Position numbers and translations under genes: made by a program
Notes under the pieces: generated by a model
Databases searched by the model: none
What the model was told of the DNA's origin: nothing
Seen by the model: only the letters and a program-made list of their open reading frames with translations
In this document: in pieces, positions 20,393-35,420 of the stretch
Layout of the letters: every line of letters begins with the position of its first letter
Position numbering within the stretch: position 1 is the first letter of the stretch
Origin: Perna viridis
Taxonomy: Eukaryota
DNA length: 64,000 nucleotides
Direction of reading: 5' to 3'
NCBI GenBank assembly: GCA_037379345.1
Contig: CM074511.1
Span: forward strand, 4,340,001-4,404,000

Positions 20393-23300
20393 ACTACATA
20401 TTACTGAAGTGGTGCAAGTGAACGATTATAACAAGCAATAACTTCATAAATTAACATTGTAAAGGATTTTTTTTTTGTATTATAAAAATGCTGGAAAGTT
20501 GATTCAAATTCCACCAGAGAACCATGAATTCACATCTAAGGAATAAGCAAAGGCAGGATGACATCAAGACATTACGTAGCTCTCAAGATAATCGTGCAAA
20601 ATGTGATTCATGGCTGAAACGCCTACATTTTTCTACTTTTTATATTTTGTCCAAAATGTTAAAGAAAATGGAAGTTAGCATGTTGCTTTTCATATAACCC
20701 TTGTCCCTTGTTCTTAAGAGATAAAAAGTATATAGAATGTACTGTAGAATTCAAAATTAAGGGAGATAACTCTGTAAATGACACTAAAATACAATAGTAA
20801 CTGTTGGTTTTTCAACGTGGACTACCTCCTAACGGCAGACACATTGGAATGAATAATTATACATTTCATCATCTAGACCTATAAAGCATCTTAACGAAAA
20901 AATTAAATAACGTGTAGCCTTTTTTTTTGGGGGGGGGGGTGGGGGGTGTATCACATAACACAGAATTTCATGATTTTTACCAAGACTATTACTTAATAGC
21001 AAGTGAATCTGTCTTATACTTACTTATCCACTAAGCAGCGATGGTGGTAGGAAATGGCTTGAAAAATAGTAGAATAACTAAAACCCATACACAATTATTA
21101 TCTTATTCCAATGTTATACCTTATTATGCTTCATTCCCTGTGCGACTACAAGAAAAAAACTTGATAAACCATCAAAACAAGGCACGAAACCTGACATGGA
21201 AGATCAAGTTGCTAAATTAGGATCAAACAAATGTACTTGTAAAACGTGGATATGGATCAAGGAATAGAATTGGCGAAAGGCTTATAAAGTTCTCCCTTTA
21301 TCTGCAATTTTGTGGTGAGATTCATTTTATTTCATCGTGGAAGTTTCTATAAACATAATTGAAATCGCATAACTTTTGATACAACAATAAGATACATGTA
21401 AAAAAAGAACATAAGACACCAAAGTCAAGAGAGGAGCTGAGAAAGATAAAATAAAAGTGAAAGTAAAAGATCCTTAAACGGAAAAAATATCTAAAAGACA
21501 ATTCAAGACAAGAAGACATTAGAAAACTCGACATTCACGTTAGATAATTTGTTTCAACTGCTAGGGGATCTTGAAGGGCAAAATGAAACACTTTAGATTG
21601 AAATTGGAAGGAAGACTAAGAATAAATTGGACAATGCAAAGTTAACATACTGAATTAAGCAACTTTAAACTCGAGTATTACAGTTAACAAAGCTGACTAG
21701 TCATTTCTCTCCCACCGCGAAGAAAAGTCCAAACTCATAAGATGCAACAATATGTGTATTACTGGAAAAAAACGGTACTGTGAGGATGTCAACACATCTT
21801 CAAGACAATACACTTGTAACAATGACAAACAAACAAACCAACAAAGAACAAACAAACAAAATAAACAAACTGAAAAAATACAAACGAACAAACCAAAAAA
21901 AAAAAAAAAAAAAAACCCTGAGAGTTGGTCAAGGAGGATTTAAGAGAACGGGACCGTTAACCCTCAAACGCGATTAAAGGTGGTACTCTCTACACACATA
22001 TATATATATCTGACGAGTATTCTAAAATAGTGGGTTTTAGTTGTTTTCCGTTGTTACAGAACATACAATGTACATTTTGTTACATAAATAGTTGCAGTAT
22101 TGTAGTACTTAACAAAAAGTTCCAGTAGTATCATAGCCATAAATACAATAACTATTTTTACAACCTCTTAAAACATTACAACACGAATGATTGGAGTTTA
22201 ATAAAAATATAAGATGTTTTGCACAGAACTTCTATCATACTATATAACTTTACATTAAGGTTTATGATAGATTCATTAGTATTCACATTCAAAATATATG
22301 TCATTTATAGTAGAAATTTATGTGATCCCAGCCTCCATCAGATAAGTACCATATTTAAAGTTTTCTCAGCTAGTGATCTAAAGGATTTTATTGAAGGAGG
22401 AAAGTTTTAGGAAGTTTTTTTTTAGCATTAAGAATGAAGATGTACAGGTCGAATTCTTTATTTTCATAATAAGGACAGATATCAAAGAAACGGATTTCGT
22501 CTTCAGTGTTATTAGGACGGCGCTTTTCACAAATTATACCCACTAACGGAGTGAAAGGCCTTTCTGTTTCTATTTTGAGTTTGTGGGAACTAATCCGAAA
22601 CTTGGTTAAATGCTTTCTAATTTTAACACCCTTTAAAGCCTAAACATAGTTCTCAAAACAGAAATTATGTTTTTCGTTGGAGATATTTTCTCGGCTTTAC
22701 TCCCTCATCAATGAGTTTAAGTCTGGTTTTAATAGACAAATCAAGATGCAGATTTCGAAGATCATCTTTAACTCTTTAACCTACTTTTTCAAAGTTACTA
22801 ATATTTGAGACCTTTGGAAATCTGTACCAATTTAAATGCATTCACCATGGCTGAAAACCAGGAGTCTGTGCTAGCCTCATACGATTCATTAGTATAAATG
22901 AATGAGTTTTAAGGTACCACTAGGTAAATTTTCAAGCCTACATAAATATGTTATCAAAGCTTTAAAGCTATCTAATATTACAGGAAATCTTTCAATTTCA
23001 GACATTGAAACAAAATTGGATTTTTTCTGTGAGTAGGAGCATTGCTTAAATAAAATGCTTCTCTATCTTAGCTTCAGGAGAAAAACTTGACATTTTTGAG
23101 AATTCACAGAGATGTTCTGAATTGACTTCACACTTCGGAGAGAGGGGAAATCAGCTTTAAGTTTGCACATTGCTTTAAGGGCTTTCATGTTCCCGTCTTG
23201 CTTCTGTAAAGTATCCAGAGGGTGTGAAAGTAATGACGAACACCTGTGTGCTTAGAACAATCCAAGATAGAGTGACCAAAAGAGAATATGAACTTCCAAG

Positions 23301-25245
23301 GTTTATCAACTATTAAAATAACAATTTTTGATATGGAGATATCAATGCCTCAGTTGAAACAAAAATTATCAAGCATGTTTTGATTCCTTTGCAAACCATC
23401 GGATTTTCATTGTATAAATTTAACATTTAGATTTAGATCTTCCTATATATTATAATGCTGCTGATGAGAGATTACGCCTTGTAATACGTACACATCATAT
23501 CAAAATTTGTAATATATATATGATTGGTATATTTGTAATTAGTAGATCTAGATCACACATACAATCATTAAACAATTATCCCCATACTGTAGTAGTGTAC
23601 TGTTTATTATAAATCCTTTCTTCCTTGTGAAAACTCGTGTAATCCACATTGCCAATGATAGTACTTGATTGTGTAATACACAAAACGTCAGACAGATATA
23701 TGACATATATAAGCAATTTTTTGAAAGTTTTTGCTGATGACAGCCCTAATGGTCGATAAAATTTATATGTGTATCGATCATTAGGGCTAAGTCATCAGCA
23801 AAATCTTGATCTTTCCAGAAATAATCAAAGTACTGAAGTACTGAGTCAATGAAGCCTTCATAGTATGCTCTGTTTCTTACTGCACAATCACATTTCTAAT
23901 CATAAAAATGATTGTAATATTTTAAACTAGGGAAAGTAATGTTTCTACCATTCTTTCTAGAAGAACATTTTTTTCAAAGACCGTTTATTAGCTGAGTAGC
24001 AATGGCTTCTTGAGTTGACAAAACGAATGGGGGAAAATGACCCACAACCTTTTCTTACTTTTCACACACGCAGATTTGACAATACACATTTAAAAATATA
24101 CATGTTAATTTACTCTTCCATGTTTTTTTTTTTTTTTTTGCTTTTTTATATCACTTCACTACAACGATTTTGCTTTTACTTATCATAGAACTGAAGCAAA
24201 TATTTATTCATCTCCAAGTTCTCCCTTAGTCATACATGGACAAAGACTCTTTAGTTAAACCACTGTTGAATCCCGTGTTCCAGTGTCAAAGCATGTAAAT
24301 TTGCCATTTCTGCTGTCTTATTACTTTCAAAATGAATTATGACCATACAATCAGACCAAAACATCAACATAGTAGTTCACCCAAAACCAAGGTTCTTTCA
24401 CCTCTACTACATGTAAATAGAGTTACTAACAGAGCCATAAAATGGAGCAGTCCTGAGAGACGCAAAAAGGGTATTCAAGACTGTGATAGTAATAATCTGT
24501 ATTCTCATGTCATTCAAACAACTTGTATCTCCCAGTACTAATGGACCCCATATATTTATTTAATGGCTAAATCGGATAACTAGCAAATCCTCTATTAAAT
24601 GCAATGCTGTCAAAATATTCTAAATAAACAGAAACTGAAAACTTTTGGTTATGAACATTTTTACTATTTATTCTAAATTTAGATAAAAACAAATACGTTA
24701 CACAGTTTTCAACATGTGTTGTTAGTTGTAAATATGTGTATATGTATTAAGACGACAAACAATGATATGAATACATCATGAATACATCAATTGAAACTAG
24801 GTTTTTGTACTGTTTACAACTAACACATTGTAAACAAGCCTTATCTTTAAAAAAAAGATAGCCAACGCAGTAAAATTTGTTCTTTTTACTTATAATTTTC
24901 TACATTTCATTCTGAAAATGACTGCTTCGGAAAAAGAACATATGTTACAAGTATTTCTTGGTACATACAATGTATGTATAGCATGCAATACCTATACTTT
25001 AGCTGTTGTTGCATAATTATAAACTTATTCAAAAAGTTCAAACCTTCTCAAGTTTGTAACATGAATATAATCATACATTAAACAGTAAAAAAGGGTAAAT
25101 TATCAGGGCTATGAGCTCATGATAGATTCATACCTATTTATCATAAACTAACAGAATACAAAGAACATTTTACAAATATTATACATCAATGATATAAAAA
25201 AATTAAACATGATGAATACAGAACATTTGCTATTGAGGTGCATGC

Positions 25246-25420
25246 GGGTGGCTAGTTAAAATGGCACCTATGTAAATGATTAAAATTGCATATGGTCAAA
25301 ATGGCACCTATGTGAATAATTAAAATGGCACCTAATATGGTCAAAATGGCACCTATGTGAATAATTAAAATGGCACCTAATATAGTCAAAATGGCACTTA
25401 TTTTCTATAAAATGGTACTT
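25246..25420. repeat. Array of AAAATGGCACCTA motifs; likely subterminal repeats of a DNA transposon end
   Basis: Six or more copies, mostly at ~21-24-bp spacing, directly after gggtggctagtt. Confidence 0.6.
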
Positions 25421-27289
25421 GGTTATTATTTTATTTTTTAAAATAAATTAGAAATGCCATATAGACCCAACCAATGACAGAATAAATGTTTATTTTCATT
25501 AAACATACCAATGTGGAGTAACACAAGCACACACATGACACACACACATATTTAGTCATAAATATTACCAATAAAATATTTTTATTATTTATATTATGTA
25601 TTATTTAATTTGAAGAGCTAATTTCATTATTAAAAGAAAATATTCAAGTTTTGATTGCAAATTCATTAAGTAAATTAGTTTGGGATTATGGCTTTGTTTA
25701 TTTGATTGGTAATACGGGTATTATTATAATTATTCAATTAGATTATTTCGCTTCTTCAATTACCATCTTGATATGTCCTGATATCCACATTACTTTTATA
25801 AAATTTAGAAGTTTTATAAGATTATTTATAAAAAAATAAATGTTATATTTGCTTCTGTATTTTAATCTAGTTTTTATCCGTGATAAAAATTGCACACCTT
25901 ATTTTTTGGTATTTCATTTAATTTCACAAAGTATTTTTATTGCGTTACATATTTTCCCATTTTTATATATAATTCAATGAAAATAATAAAATATGTGAAC
26001 AAAATATTGTAAATGAAAGGACAAAATGAAATTTATTCAGGTGAAATTAGAAATCCAAGATGGCGGGATGACGCGAGGGTACTAGCGGGGGCCTCAGATA
26101 CAGAAAAAAAATATCCATTCTTTCCCTTAAGATAATCAAAACTTGTTCGCAAGTAGTATCTGTAAATAACGATGAATTGTGTCTACATCAGGGAGTGTTT
26201 TCGTGCAGTTTGGGGTCCACTTCAGCTTCAGAAACTTTTCCTCTAAGGTCACGTGAGATATTCATACGCATGAGATAGCCGGTGACTGTAAAAAAATGTT
26301 CACCACGTGATCAACAGTCCAAAGAAACAAGTCATTAAATAGTGCGTATTACATGGATTTCTAAATAAAATGGAAGATGCGAAATTTCCCTTGCATGCTG
26401 TTTGATTAACTATCAATTTCATGGTTATTTTCACTCCTTTCAATTTCACGTTTCACTCTTTCCCATTCACAATGGTATCGATCGCGGAGGCATGTGAGTG
26501 CTACCGCAAATTATGATATTTAGCAAGACTTTAATGTGATGCCTAGGTCAATTTCAGCCACTGTCGTGGCTTCATTGACAAAAAACGACCGATTCAGCAC
26601 TAGATGTAAATTTTGAACAAAGCAGTTTTAAGATCAGTGTTCAAAGACAGAATTAGTGGTATAGAACAGAACAAACGGTTCAAATGAACAAGAATACGTT
26701 CCACTGCACTGGGAAGTTATCACTGATAGATGAGCTGAGAGACTGGTCATATAACAAATAATTAAAGAGCTAAAACAAAACTATTGAACTGATGATATCT
26801 AGTCAAAATGAAAATCCGTATAACAAATGAACTATCAGGGTTTGAAATCACTGCATTGGTCCTGGCTTTATACAGGCATTTCCGATAGAAATAGTAAGTT
26901 AAAAATGAAGATAGTAAATACTTGCAGAGGTCATTAAAAGGTCTTTCATAAGTGTAAAACACATTTAAGTAACCCCTGAATGGCCCCAACAATGAAAAGT
27001 AATAAAGGCTATGGTAACTAAACGATGACACTCCTTTAAAATGAACTAAAAAGTCACATAACGACACGAAGACACTGTAATGACCAACATTAGGGCGAAG
27101 TCATTCATTTTTAACCATGCATCATGCTGCAAAGCGCAACTTGGAAATAGTGAACAAACATCCGAAATCGACAAAACGAGATTAATGAAACGAAAAATTA
27201 CCAAGAACATGCTTCATTCAAGACGCGTCAAGATCAAGATGGAAATAATAATGTACAAGTAAAAACTACAGAAAATACATTATCTATGA

Positions 27290-27480
27290 TCTATTTGTCA
27301 GGAACAGAATATTTCTTAATAAGATCTGGATATCGGAAATACAATTTTTTTTTGGCAGCGTATTTTTATAACCTTGGTCTGTTAAGCAATGATGACCCAT
27401 TAAGAAGCCGTAGTAGTCACTATCATCTCTGATATATACACCATGAGGACAAAACTGAAATTGTATGTACACATGTCCTT
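27290..27480 (-). mobile_element. Highly degenerate Penelope-like 3' ORF fragment
   Basis: HGVYI...LTDQGY resembles the YGVFIS...LLKQGY segment of the other Penelope-like copies. Confidence 0.4.
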
Positions 27481-28060
27481 CCAATACTATTTTGAAAAAA
27501 ATCTACTTTTATTTTGGATTTGGCTTAATAATGAATCTGATTAGTGTTCGGTTTGTTGTTACCATTATTGATGGTATCAGATTTCAAACGATTTTCTCCG
27601 AAGACCGTTTGATCTGGACCAAGTCGAGGAAAACCAAAGTTCAAACTCAGAAGAAAAGTTGATGCTAAAATATTGCATGTGCACATCAAAAGAAGTAAGC
27701 TCAACTCTGTATAAAATTTTATGGCTCAATTTATAACATTGATTTTCAATGTGGAACCTTCCAGGCAGCATAATTTCTGTTTTAATACAAGGAAGGATAC
27801 CACTTCCCAGAATCTTTGATGTTTATATATTTTGTTTTATTCAAAATGCCCAACAAGTATAAATGCATTAAATATTCATATTGATATTATTTCCTTATAG
27901 TATTGTTTTGAAGTTCTAAAATATATAATATAAATCGATGTTTTAATAGAAATTGTGATTTTATCTATTATGCATTCAATTTTGTATTAAGAATCCAGAA
28001 GTTGACAAGAAAATTTCAAAATCTCTACATGGTTTTGAAATACTTTAAAGTTTCACCAAA

Positions 28061-31000
28061 ATGAATGCCAGCGACCCGGCAATAGGTGATTTGGAATGGG
28101 GACAGTGTATGTTAACGGGCGTTTTAATAAGGCTGTTGAATATAAACCTTCTACAATGTGCCAAATACTGCAGGAGGACTCCCAAATGTTTCTCTATAAA
28201 CTACAGATACAAGTGGGACATGTGTGATTTGGTCTCGGAATACAACATTGACACCTCAAATATAGATAAAAACCAGTTAACTACCGAAATAGGTTGTGTC
28301 CACAGCTATATATCTTCATGGTCGGAGGTAAGATTGAAAATATTTGGAACTAATCCAAAAAAATTCTCCCGGCTCTATATTAAACTAGGATAGCTTAAAA
28401 AGAAATGTACAAGTTTTCTTACAATAGCAATAGCATAAATGTGATGAGTTTATTTGACAAAAATCCAAGACGGAAACGGAATTATGGCTATTGCCACTAT
28501 ACGACACCTAAGATACATAATGTCTCCGTAGATGGTCTTCCTCCTTTCATACAAAAAAAACACATTCGAACCAAACTCTTTTCTATACCATCCACTTTAC
28601 TACACTCCATTTACAAAACAAGTCTTGACACTCCTGTTTCTGGACATACCCCATCATTACACAAACTTTTTGCCATCATTTTGGATATTGGTTTCCACAG
28701 ACTCTTTAAACCAGTTTGTGTAAAAATCAAGATGAAGAAAAAAGATCATTTCTTCCACTACCTTTGTTAACAAAGGTATAGATGCAATTAATTTGGCTAA
28801 CATCCTCCATCACAAAAACGTTACCAACAAAATTCCCCCATATTTCAAGAACAAATTAATACCGATTATTTCATATTCTTATACTTAACCTATTGCATAA
28901 AAAAATCAGTTATAAAAGGCTATTTCAGAACCTCGAGATTGATGACTTCAACGCTAAACCACCTGACTTTTCTTGCAAAAACTCTCCATTCGAATAAAGT
29001 CCTTCCGGTCGATCGTTACAGGATACTTACCCATCATCGAAAACGGATCTGCGTAATATCCTTTTCTAAAGGTTCCAAGTACCGTGATCCACGCTCCATA
29101 AATTTGAGTTATAACTTTAAAGTACTTAATGATGCCGTGAAGGACAACGCAAAAAAATGGATAAAACGAGGACAAGAGGGCATTGATTCTCTGCCAGAGT
29201 GGGTATATAAAGGCCGTGAGGTCTTTAATTTTAAGACGATTGAAAGTGTTAAGTAGGTCAATGAGTGCCAATATTACACCAGTTATCAAAGATCCCGATG
29301 TAGCAAAAACATTTTCTACTATACATGACAAATATGTTGTCGTACCAGCAGATAAAACCCAAAACAACATTGTTTTTGTCCGCAAAACGTTTTACATCCA
29401 ATGTTTATTATCAGAGGTAGACGTAGAAAATAATAGCAGTGAAAAGACCTACCACACTCTCCAAAGAAGAGATAGTCGAAAACCATAAATATGTGTTATC
29501 CTCTTTTGGTATTCCTTCACTCTTATGAGGCTGACTTTATAATTGATCTGATCCGAAAGAAGGAACATCGTTTGTCTCGATCCTTTAATCTCAGTTTCCG
29601 CAATAAAGATGAGGTATTATTGTTAAACAATCCTAGTTTCACATCCACCCCAAACAATAAACTAGAAATGAGTGATACTACAGATGTTGTGAAGTCAGCC
29701 TCATATATTGACCTACACTTAGAGATCGATGGTAAAGGAATACTACTGACCAAACTATACGACAAACTTGATGATTTTCATTCAGTATTGGCAACTTTCC
29801 TTTCATCTGTGGCAACATCCTTTCAGCACCTTCGGATGGAGATTTCATGTCACAACTCATACTTACGTTATGCCAGAGTTTGCCGTAACTACGAAGACTT
29901 TTTGTATCGCGCTAGACTTCTTACCATTAGGCTTCTGGAACAGGATTATATTGCTACAAGATTGAATTCATCAACACAGAAGTTTTATGGTCGTCATCAT
30001 GAACTCGTGGATCGTTACGATGTATCCATCTGCACCATGAAAACTGATTTGTTCAACGTGTCATAGTTTTCCATTCCTCTTTCGGCTACCCTGGACAATC
30101 TTTTATGAGCAAGACGGCGGGTGTTTCTAAAAAAGCAGAGGACGCTTACTTTTGTAACTTTTTATGTATTATTTTAGTTACTTTATGTTCTTTGTTGTGT
30201 ATGTCTGTTTTCAATGTCTGGTCTCTGTCCCTGGATAAGATTTTTTTTTATTTCCGCTAGAATCTTGGTTCCCTTGATTACTCGTTTTCATCAGATAGGC
30301 AGACCAACGCATGCACGTACTGTTACATATTTGTTTCATTTGTAGGAATTGGTGCCACAATGTGTGAACATTATATGTACGGATGGTTATACATGTAATC
30401 CTAACGGCAGTTGCGATGTCGCTTGTAAGTAAAATAACATGTGTAGATGTAAACTGCGATCTAGCCCCCCTTTGCCAAATCACACGTCATTAGAATGTTA
30501 ATTCTCAGTTTTCACAGAAAAACTATCCTTAGAATTCGCAGTTATACTTCGTTGTTACAAATTGTGAAAAGAAAGAAAATGAAACTCTGAATTCTAATTT
30601 ACTTTTTATCGAAACGAAAGTTCAAAGTTAAAATAATATTTTAATCAGTTGATTCATTAATTCATGTCTATCACTGAACTATTTTAACTCCACCATATGT
30701 TTCACATGCCTGTTCATAGTCAGGAGATGGTCATTAATAATGTGCTTTCTGCTCGTTATTCAACTTTCAAATTATATTTTTAAGAAGTGTCATCGATCTG
30801 TTTCCGTGGGTTTGATTACAGTTTTGTTGTCGGGGCCTTTCAGAGTTAACTTGTTGAAGACCTTTTGGTGACCACTAAAAGTATTTCGTAGTTTGGTTAT
30901 ACGCATTTTGCCATATCCGATCTATTTTGCTACGAATCCCGCTTAATCATATGTGACACAGAAAAAAAAATTCAAAGGGATACAGGCAGTCAATAAATTC

Positions 31001-34000
31001 TTAAATTTAAAGAGAGTCCATACTATAGTACATGTAACTCGATACTTTCTTGAGGCATGACCATTATAACGTGCATATCTAAGAATATGTTTAAATGCAC
31101 ACCTTACCGGTATTATATGACTGGTATGTCAAGTTCAGAATGATTGCACCCTTTGTTCATTACCCATATCGATACAATTATTCAATTTTTATTTGTTTGC
31201 TGACAAGTTCAACTTTTTATCAATGCTGAATACGAAAGCTGTTCCAGAAATTTCAAATATAAAAGCGTCTAGAATGACTGCACTCAACAAACCGAAAGGT
31301 CGATCTAAGGTAGTACTCAACATTGTAACCACGTCTATTTATTGAAATAAAAATGTTTTAAGGCAGCAACCATTTGATTTTCGAGGAGGGAGAGGGCTAT
31401 ATACAGTCAACTGAGAGCAAAACACAACATTTTTTTAACATTACTGGCGACAAATGATTTTTTTTTCTAAAAATAAGAGAAAAAAATTTCCCAAAACATT
31501 CATACCCCATAAAAATCAATTCTTCACTGCCCAAGATACCTAGACAATGAAACAAGTATGGAACGTTGAGACCACGTCTATATGTGGAAATGTTTTAAGG
31601 CAGCATCCTTTTGTTTTCGGGGAGGGAGAGGGGACTAGGAATTTTTTCTCATAAAAACATGGGGAAATCAGTATCAGTGCATTTTTTAAAGAAGTTTTTC
31701 CATAAGACGAAAACAAATAATTTCTTCCAATGTACGGTTAAAGATGAGAGCAAAACAAACACATTTTTAACGTTCCTGGCGGCAATGATTTTTTTCTTAA
31801 AATACGGGAAAGAAACTCCCCCCCTCCAAAAAAAACCTATAACCTCCCCTATAACAACTTAAACACTATAACAGTGAAATCCATAACTGTAACTGTTTAC
31901 TTCACACCAAAGAAAACAAATCTTTTTTCAAAATATTGGCAATATCCATGAAAAAAATTAATTTACATTGTAGTGTATCGTAGTAACATGGACAGTTTCA
32001 AAAGCTTTTTATCCATTCAGTACGGACCGAATGTCACTTAATCTACTTCATGCATCAGATGCTCTAAAATCCAGTATCTTGTTCTATTTTTTTTTAATCT
32101 TTTTTTTTATTTTGACCGATTGAGTTTTGTCTAAGAAATTGTTGTCATTGTATGTACTATACTGTATCCAAGTACAAATATAGATCTACATTGAACTTTT
32201 TAGATTGTCATCACAAACTCAAGCCGCATAACGCTTTTGTGGTAGAAAAATTTGGAACATATAGAAACAAGGGTTATGGAATACATCATAAATGTATACC
32301 TATGTATCACATGGTTGGACAAAAAATAGCTGTATGTACTGAGCTAGAAAATGGTAAACTACATTGGGATATCAAGTTTGCATGCTATCCAGGTAACAAG
32401 ACAGATTTCATTGAGATGACTATGTATTATCAAGCAAGGATTGGATTATTATAGTAGTGTACTACTTAGTATTATAATCCTTATATCAGTTCAAATAAAT
32501 GCAGTTTATGAACGAATTTGGCATCAGCCTCATAAACTCATGTACATTCAAGGGTTGATGTCATTAGATGATAACGGGATATCAACTTCTTATGGTATCA
32601 AGAGATTTGTCTGGGGATTAGTATCGAATGTAAAAACCTGTATAGACTGAACTGGGCTTTTTTGGTGAAATCAAGAGTAACCACGCTTAAAGCAAACCAG
32701 ATGCTATATTACAATGGAACGTGAACATAGCAAATAAACACAGACAGAAAGAAAAACATTATATATTCTAAGATAGAAAAACAAATTGACCAAATGCTTA
32801 TTTGGAAGAATAAGTGAACACGCAACAAATGTACATTACGACCGACAGTATCACACAATTTCGTGCAAATTTGTTCCTTTCAGAGTATTGTCCTAAGGAT
32901 TACATATTTGATCCTGAACTTTCTGTATGTTTTAAACTGTACCCTACTTCGTCAACGTATAGTAAGTCGGTAGCAGCTTGTGAGAAAGAGGGATCAAAAC
33001 TGATGAAGATTGATTCCCAGAAAACACAAACTATGGTAGAATACCACCTACGAGAGTGTAGGTATCATTTTAGTCAATTAGGACATAATTAACTGAAGTT
33101 TAAATACATATATTTATTTTATATATAGTTATCATTAATAGCGTCTGTTCTAAATTTTTATACTAAAGTTATCAAGTTGTCAACAGAAGGCCAATGGGGT
33201 AAGATGCCATATTCATGGCTGTTTCATAAACTTCAGCACAAATTTGAACATTCAGATGTTCAAATCATTATTTCAATCAGAAGTTCTTGTATAGCTTTGA
33301 CAAAATCTAGATTTTCATCGATTTTTTTATCTGCAAATTGAGATATTAATCAAACCGACCGATGGCTCTCTAATTCTTTAAAGCTGGCAGTGTAGTTTTT
33401 ATATAAAACATACCAAGCATCAGAACTACTTAAATGCAAAGGAATATCTAAATAAAAATAAAATGTATACAAGAAGTACACATAACCAAACAAATTGAAA
33501 TACGAAGCTAAATGCAGCATCCAATTTTCATAGTGTATTATATAAGGAGTGAATTTTGTAATTCGGCAAACCGGTAAATAATCTATGTTTTATTTTCAAG
33601 TAAGACAAGTCAGATTACTGAGCTTATCAAACATGATCGAAAACACAAGAGGTTCTAATGCGTAAATTTTAGGTGTTCACACCTTGCAAAAGACCATTAA
33701 AAGTTAAAAGAAAAACAACTGTATCAATGACGTCATACTAAATGCTGATTCTGCCTAGAACACGCGAGGTTTAACAGGGCATGTTTATTTTAGGGCATGA
33801 ACAGGTTCCAAATACGAACTACGAGTACATATTCATCCAGGGAAAGAACACGGAAGAGGGCGTTTGGATTTTTGATGACTCGACCTCTTTGGAATTTTTC
33901 AATTGGGACGAAGAACAAAGGCAACCAGATTTAACCGAGGATACTAATTATCTTAGTCTTGGTATTCATCACAAATTCAAATGGCATGATGTGAAGCAAG

Positions 34001-34059
34001 ATTTCACTGGTATACCTCTATGTCAGAAACAGGAACCATTTATCATTGATGAAATATAG
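28061..34059 (+). CDS. Lectin paralog 1: PAN/apple - 4-Cys module - sushi/CCP - C-type lectin (QPD, WHD); exons 28061-28327, 30346-30424, 32204-32392, 32884-33057, 33794-34059; 5' end unresolved
   Basis: All junctions GT/AG and phase-consistent (0,1,1,1). CAKYCRRTPKCFSINY...CDL (PAN); YC..C..AVC..W..C (sushi); CP...CFKL...ACEKEG.LMKIDS and FIQG...W.F...FFNW...QPD...WHD...LCQ (CTLD). Confidence 0.85.
28400..30285 (+). mobile_element. Penelope-like (Naiad-type) retroelement remnant in intron 1 of paralog 1, internally deleted
   Basis: DKYVVVPADK, LHSYEADF, SASYIDL, TKLYDK, KFYGRHHELVDRY; homologous to 46020-48783. Confidence 0.88.
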
Positions 34060-34254
34060 AAAATAACATTGAATGATGACCTCTATAGAAAGTTGTATAT
34101 GATAGAAATTTAGAGTCATAACTTTATAAACAAGTTTTTATTTTATATTTATAATGCTTTCTTTATTATTGAAAACAATGAAAACACATTCTTTTGTTGT
34201 AAAGGTTCTGTTTTATGCATTTGCTTTCTTGTTGCATTTCACAAAAACAGAAAG

Positions 34255-34660
34255 AAATGAATTTTCGTTAGTTTTCAAAGATCTCCATGAAGCCAAAACA
34301 TTGTCCACTAAACATGACAATATGTACCAGCAGATAAAGCCCAAAAACACCATTATTTTCGTCTGCAATACACATTTTTATCGATGATAATAGAAAACAA
34401 CAGCAGTAAAAAGACATATACTGCTACCACACTCTCTAAAGTAAAGATAGTGGAAAACCACAAATCCGTTCTTTCCTTTTTTCGTCTCTCTACTAAATCA
34501 ATAAAAGTGATATTCGGTCAATATGTTGGATTCCATAGCTCTACAAGAATCCATACAAACAAAGCTTTATAGCCTGATCTGCAAAAGTTACAAGAGATTG
34601 CCGAAACTATACGGACTTTTTTGTACCGTGCTTGACTTCTAACGATGAGGCTTCTGGAAT
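34255..34660 (+). mobile_element. Penelope-like fragments
   Basis: KTYTATTLSK..IVENHKSVLS; patchy match to the 47 kb copy. Confidence 0.7.
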
Positions 34661-35186
34661 AAAGTTATGTTGCTACAAGATAATAGACATAGGTCTCATG
34701 GGCCATTGTACTGGGCGATGCGTTCTATTTCAGTCCATCTCTTATCCATTTTGTAATATTTACCTCTTTTTTATAGGTGTTTCAAAGTCAACATATTTTC
34801 CTTTTTCCCTTGATGACTTCGTGTCAGAGCCTGCTGGGAAATGCTTAAGTCCTGACTCATCCATCTCCAAATCTCTGCGTTCTTTGTCTACATGTATTTG
34901 TTTCGTAATTTTCCACGACTCCGCTGTCCAATGGATACGATTTTGTGATTGATTCGTTGTTGTATTTATTATCCAATCAATTGTCAGAAGTAAATGAAAG
35001 GTGGAGATAATCATCATTGTCGGACTCAAGTTATGATATTTGCGTCAGTTGTCATGTATAATTCTACAATTCATTCCTACATAGATACTCTTGATGATAT
35101 TCGCGATCCTACTAGAAGCATCATAATGTATAAGTAGCTTCCAGATGGTTTATGTCAACAATGTCAAAAGCCTTCTCACTATTGAA

Positions 35187-35420
35187 AGAGTGATCAAGGG
35201 AACCAAGGTTATAGCGGTAATCAAAAGAATGTAATCCAAGGACAAAGACCAGACATGGAAAACAGACATACACAACAAAGAACATAAAGTAACTAAAATC
35301 ATACATACAAAGTAACAAAAGTAAATGAGCAACTCGGACTCCACTAAAAACTGGGAGCATGGACCAGGTGCACCGGTAGGGTAGGCGTCCTCTTCTTTTC
35401 TAGAAACACCCGCCTAGTTG
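35187..35420 (-). mobile_element. Solo 3'-UTR of the Penelope-like family
   Basis: Reverse-complement match to ~48550-48783. Confidence 0.85.

Noticed and set aside
21100-21720. Possible decayed LINE ORF1/coiled-coil remnants (also ~26640-27100 and ~35400-36130)
   Set aside because: Purine-biased and suggestive, but no motif I can support.
33050-33063. Apparent loss of the exon-4 donor in paralog 1 (gagagt versus gtgagt in paralog 2)
   Set aside because: An in-phase GT six bases downstream (33058) gives the same 174-nt exon in both paralogs.
34760-35029. Possible small peptide gene (minus strand); likewise 49081-49347
   Set aside because: No recognisable domain, splice context or paralog.
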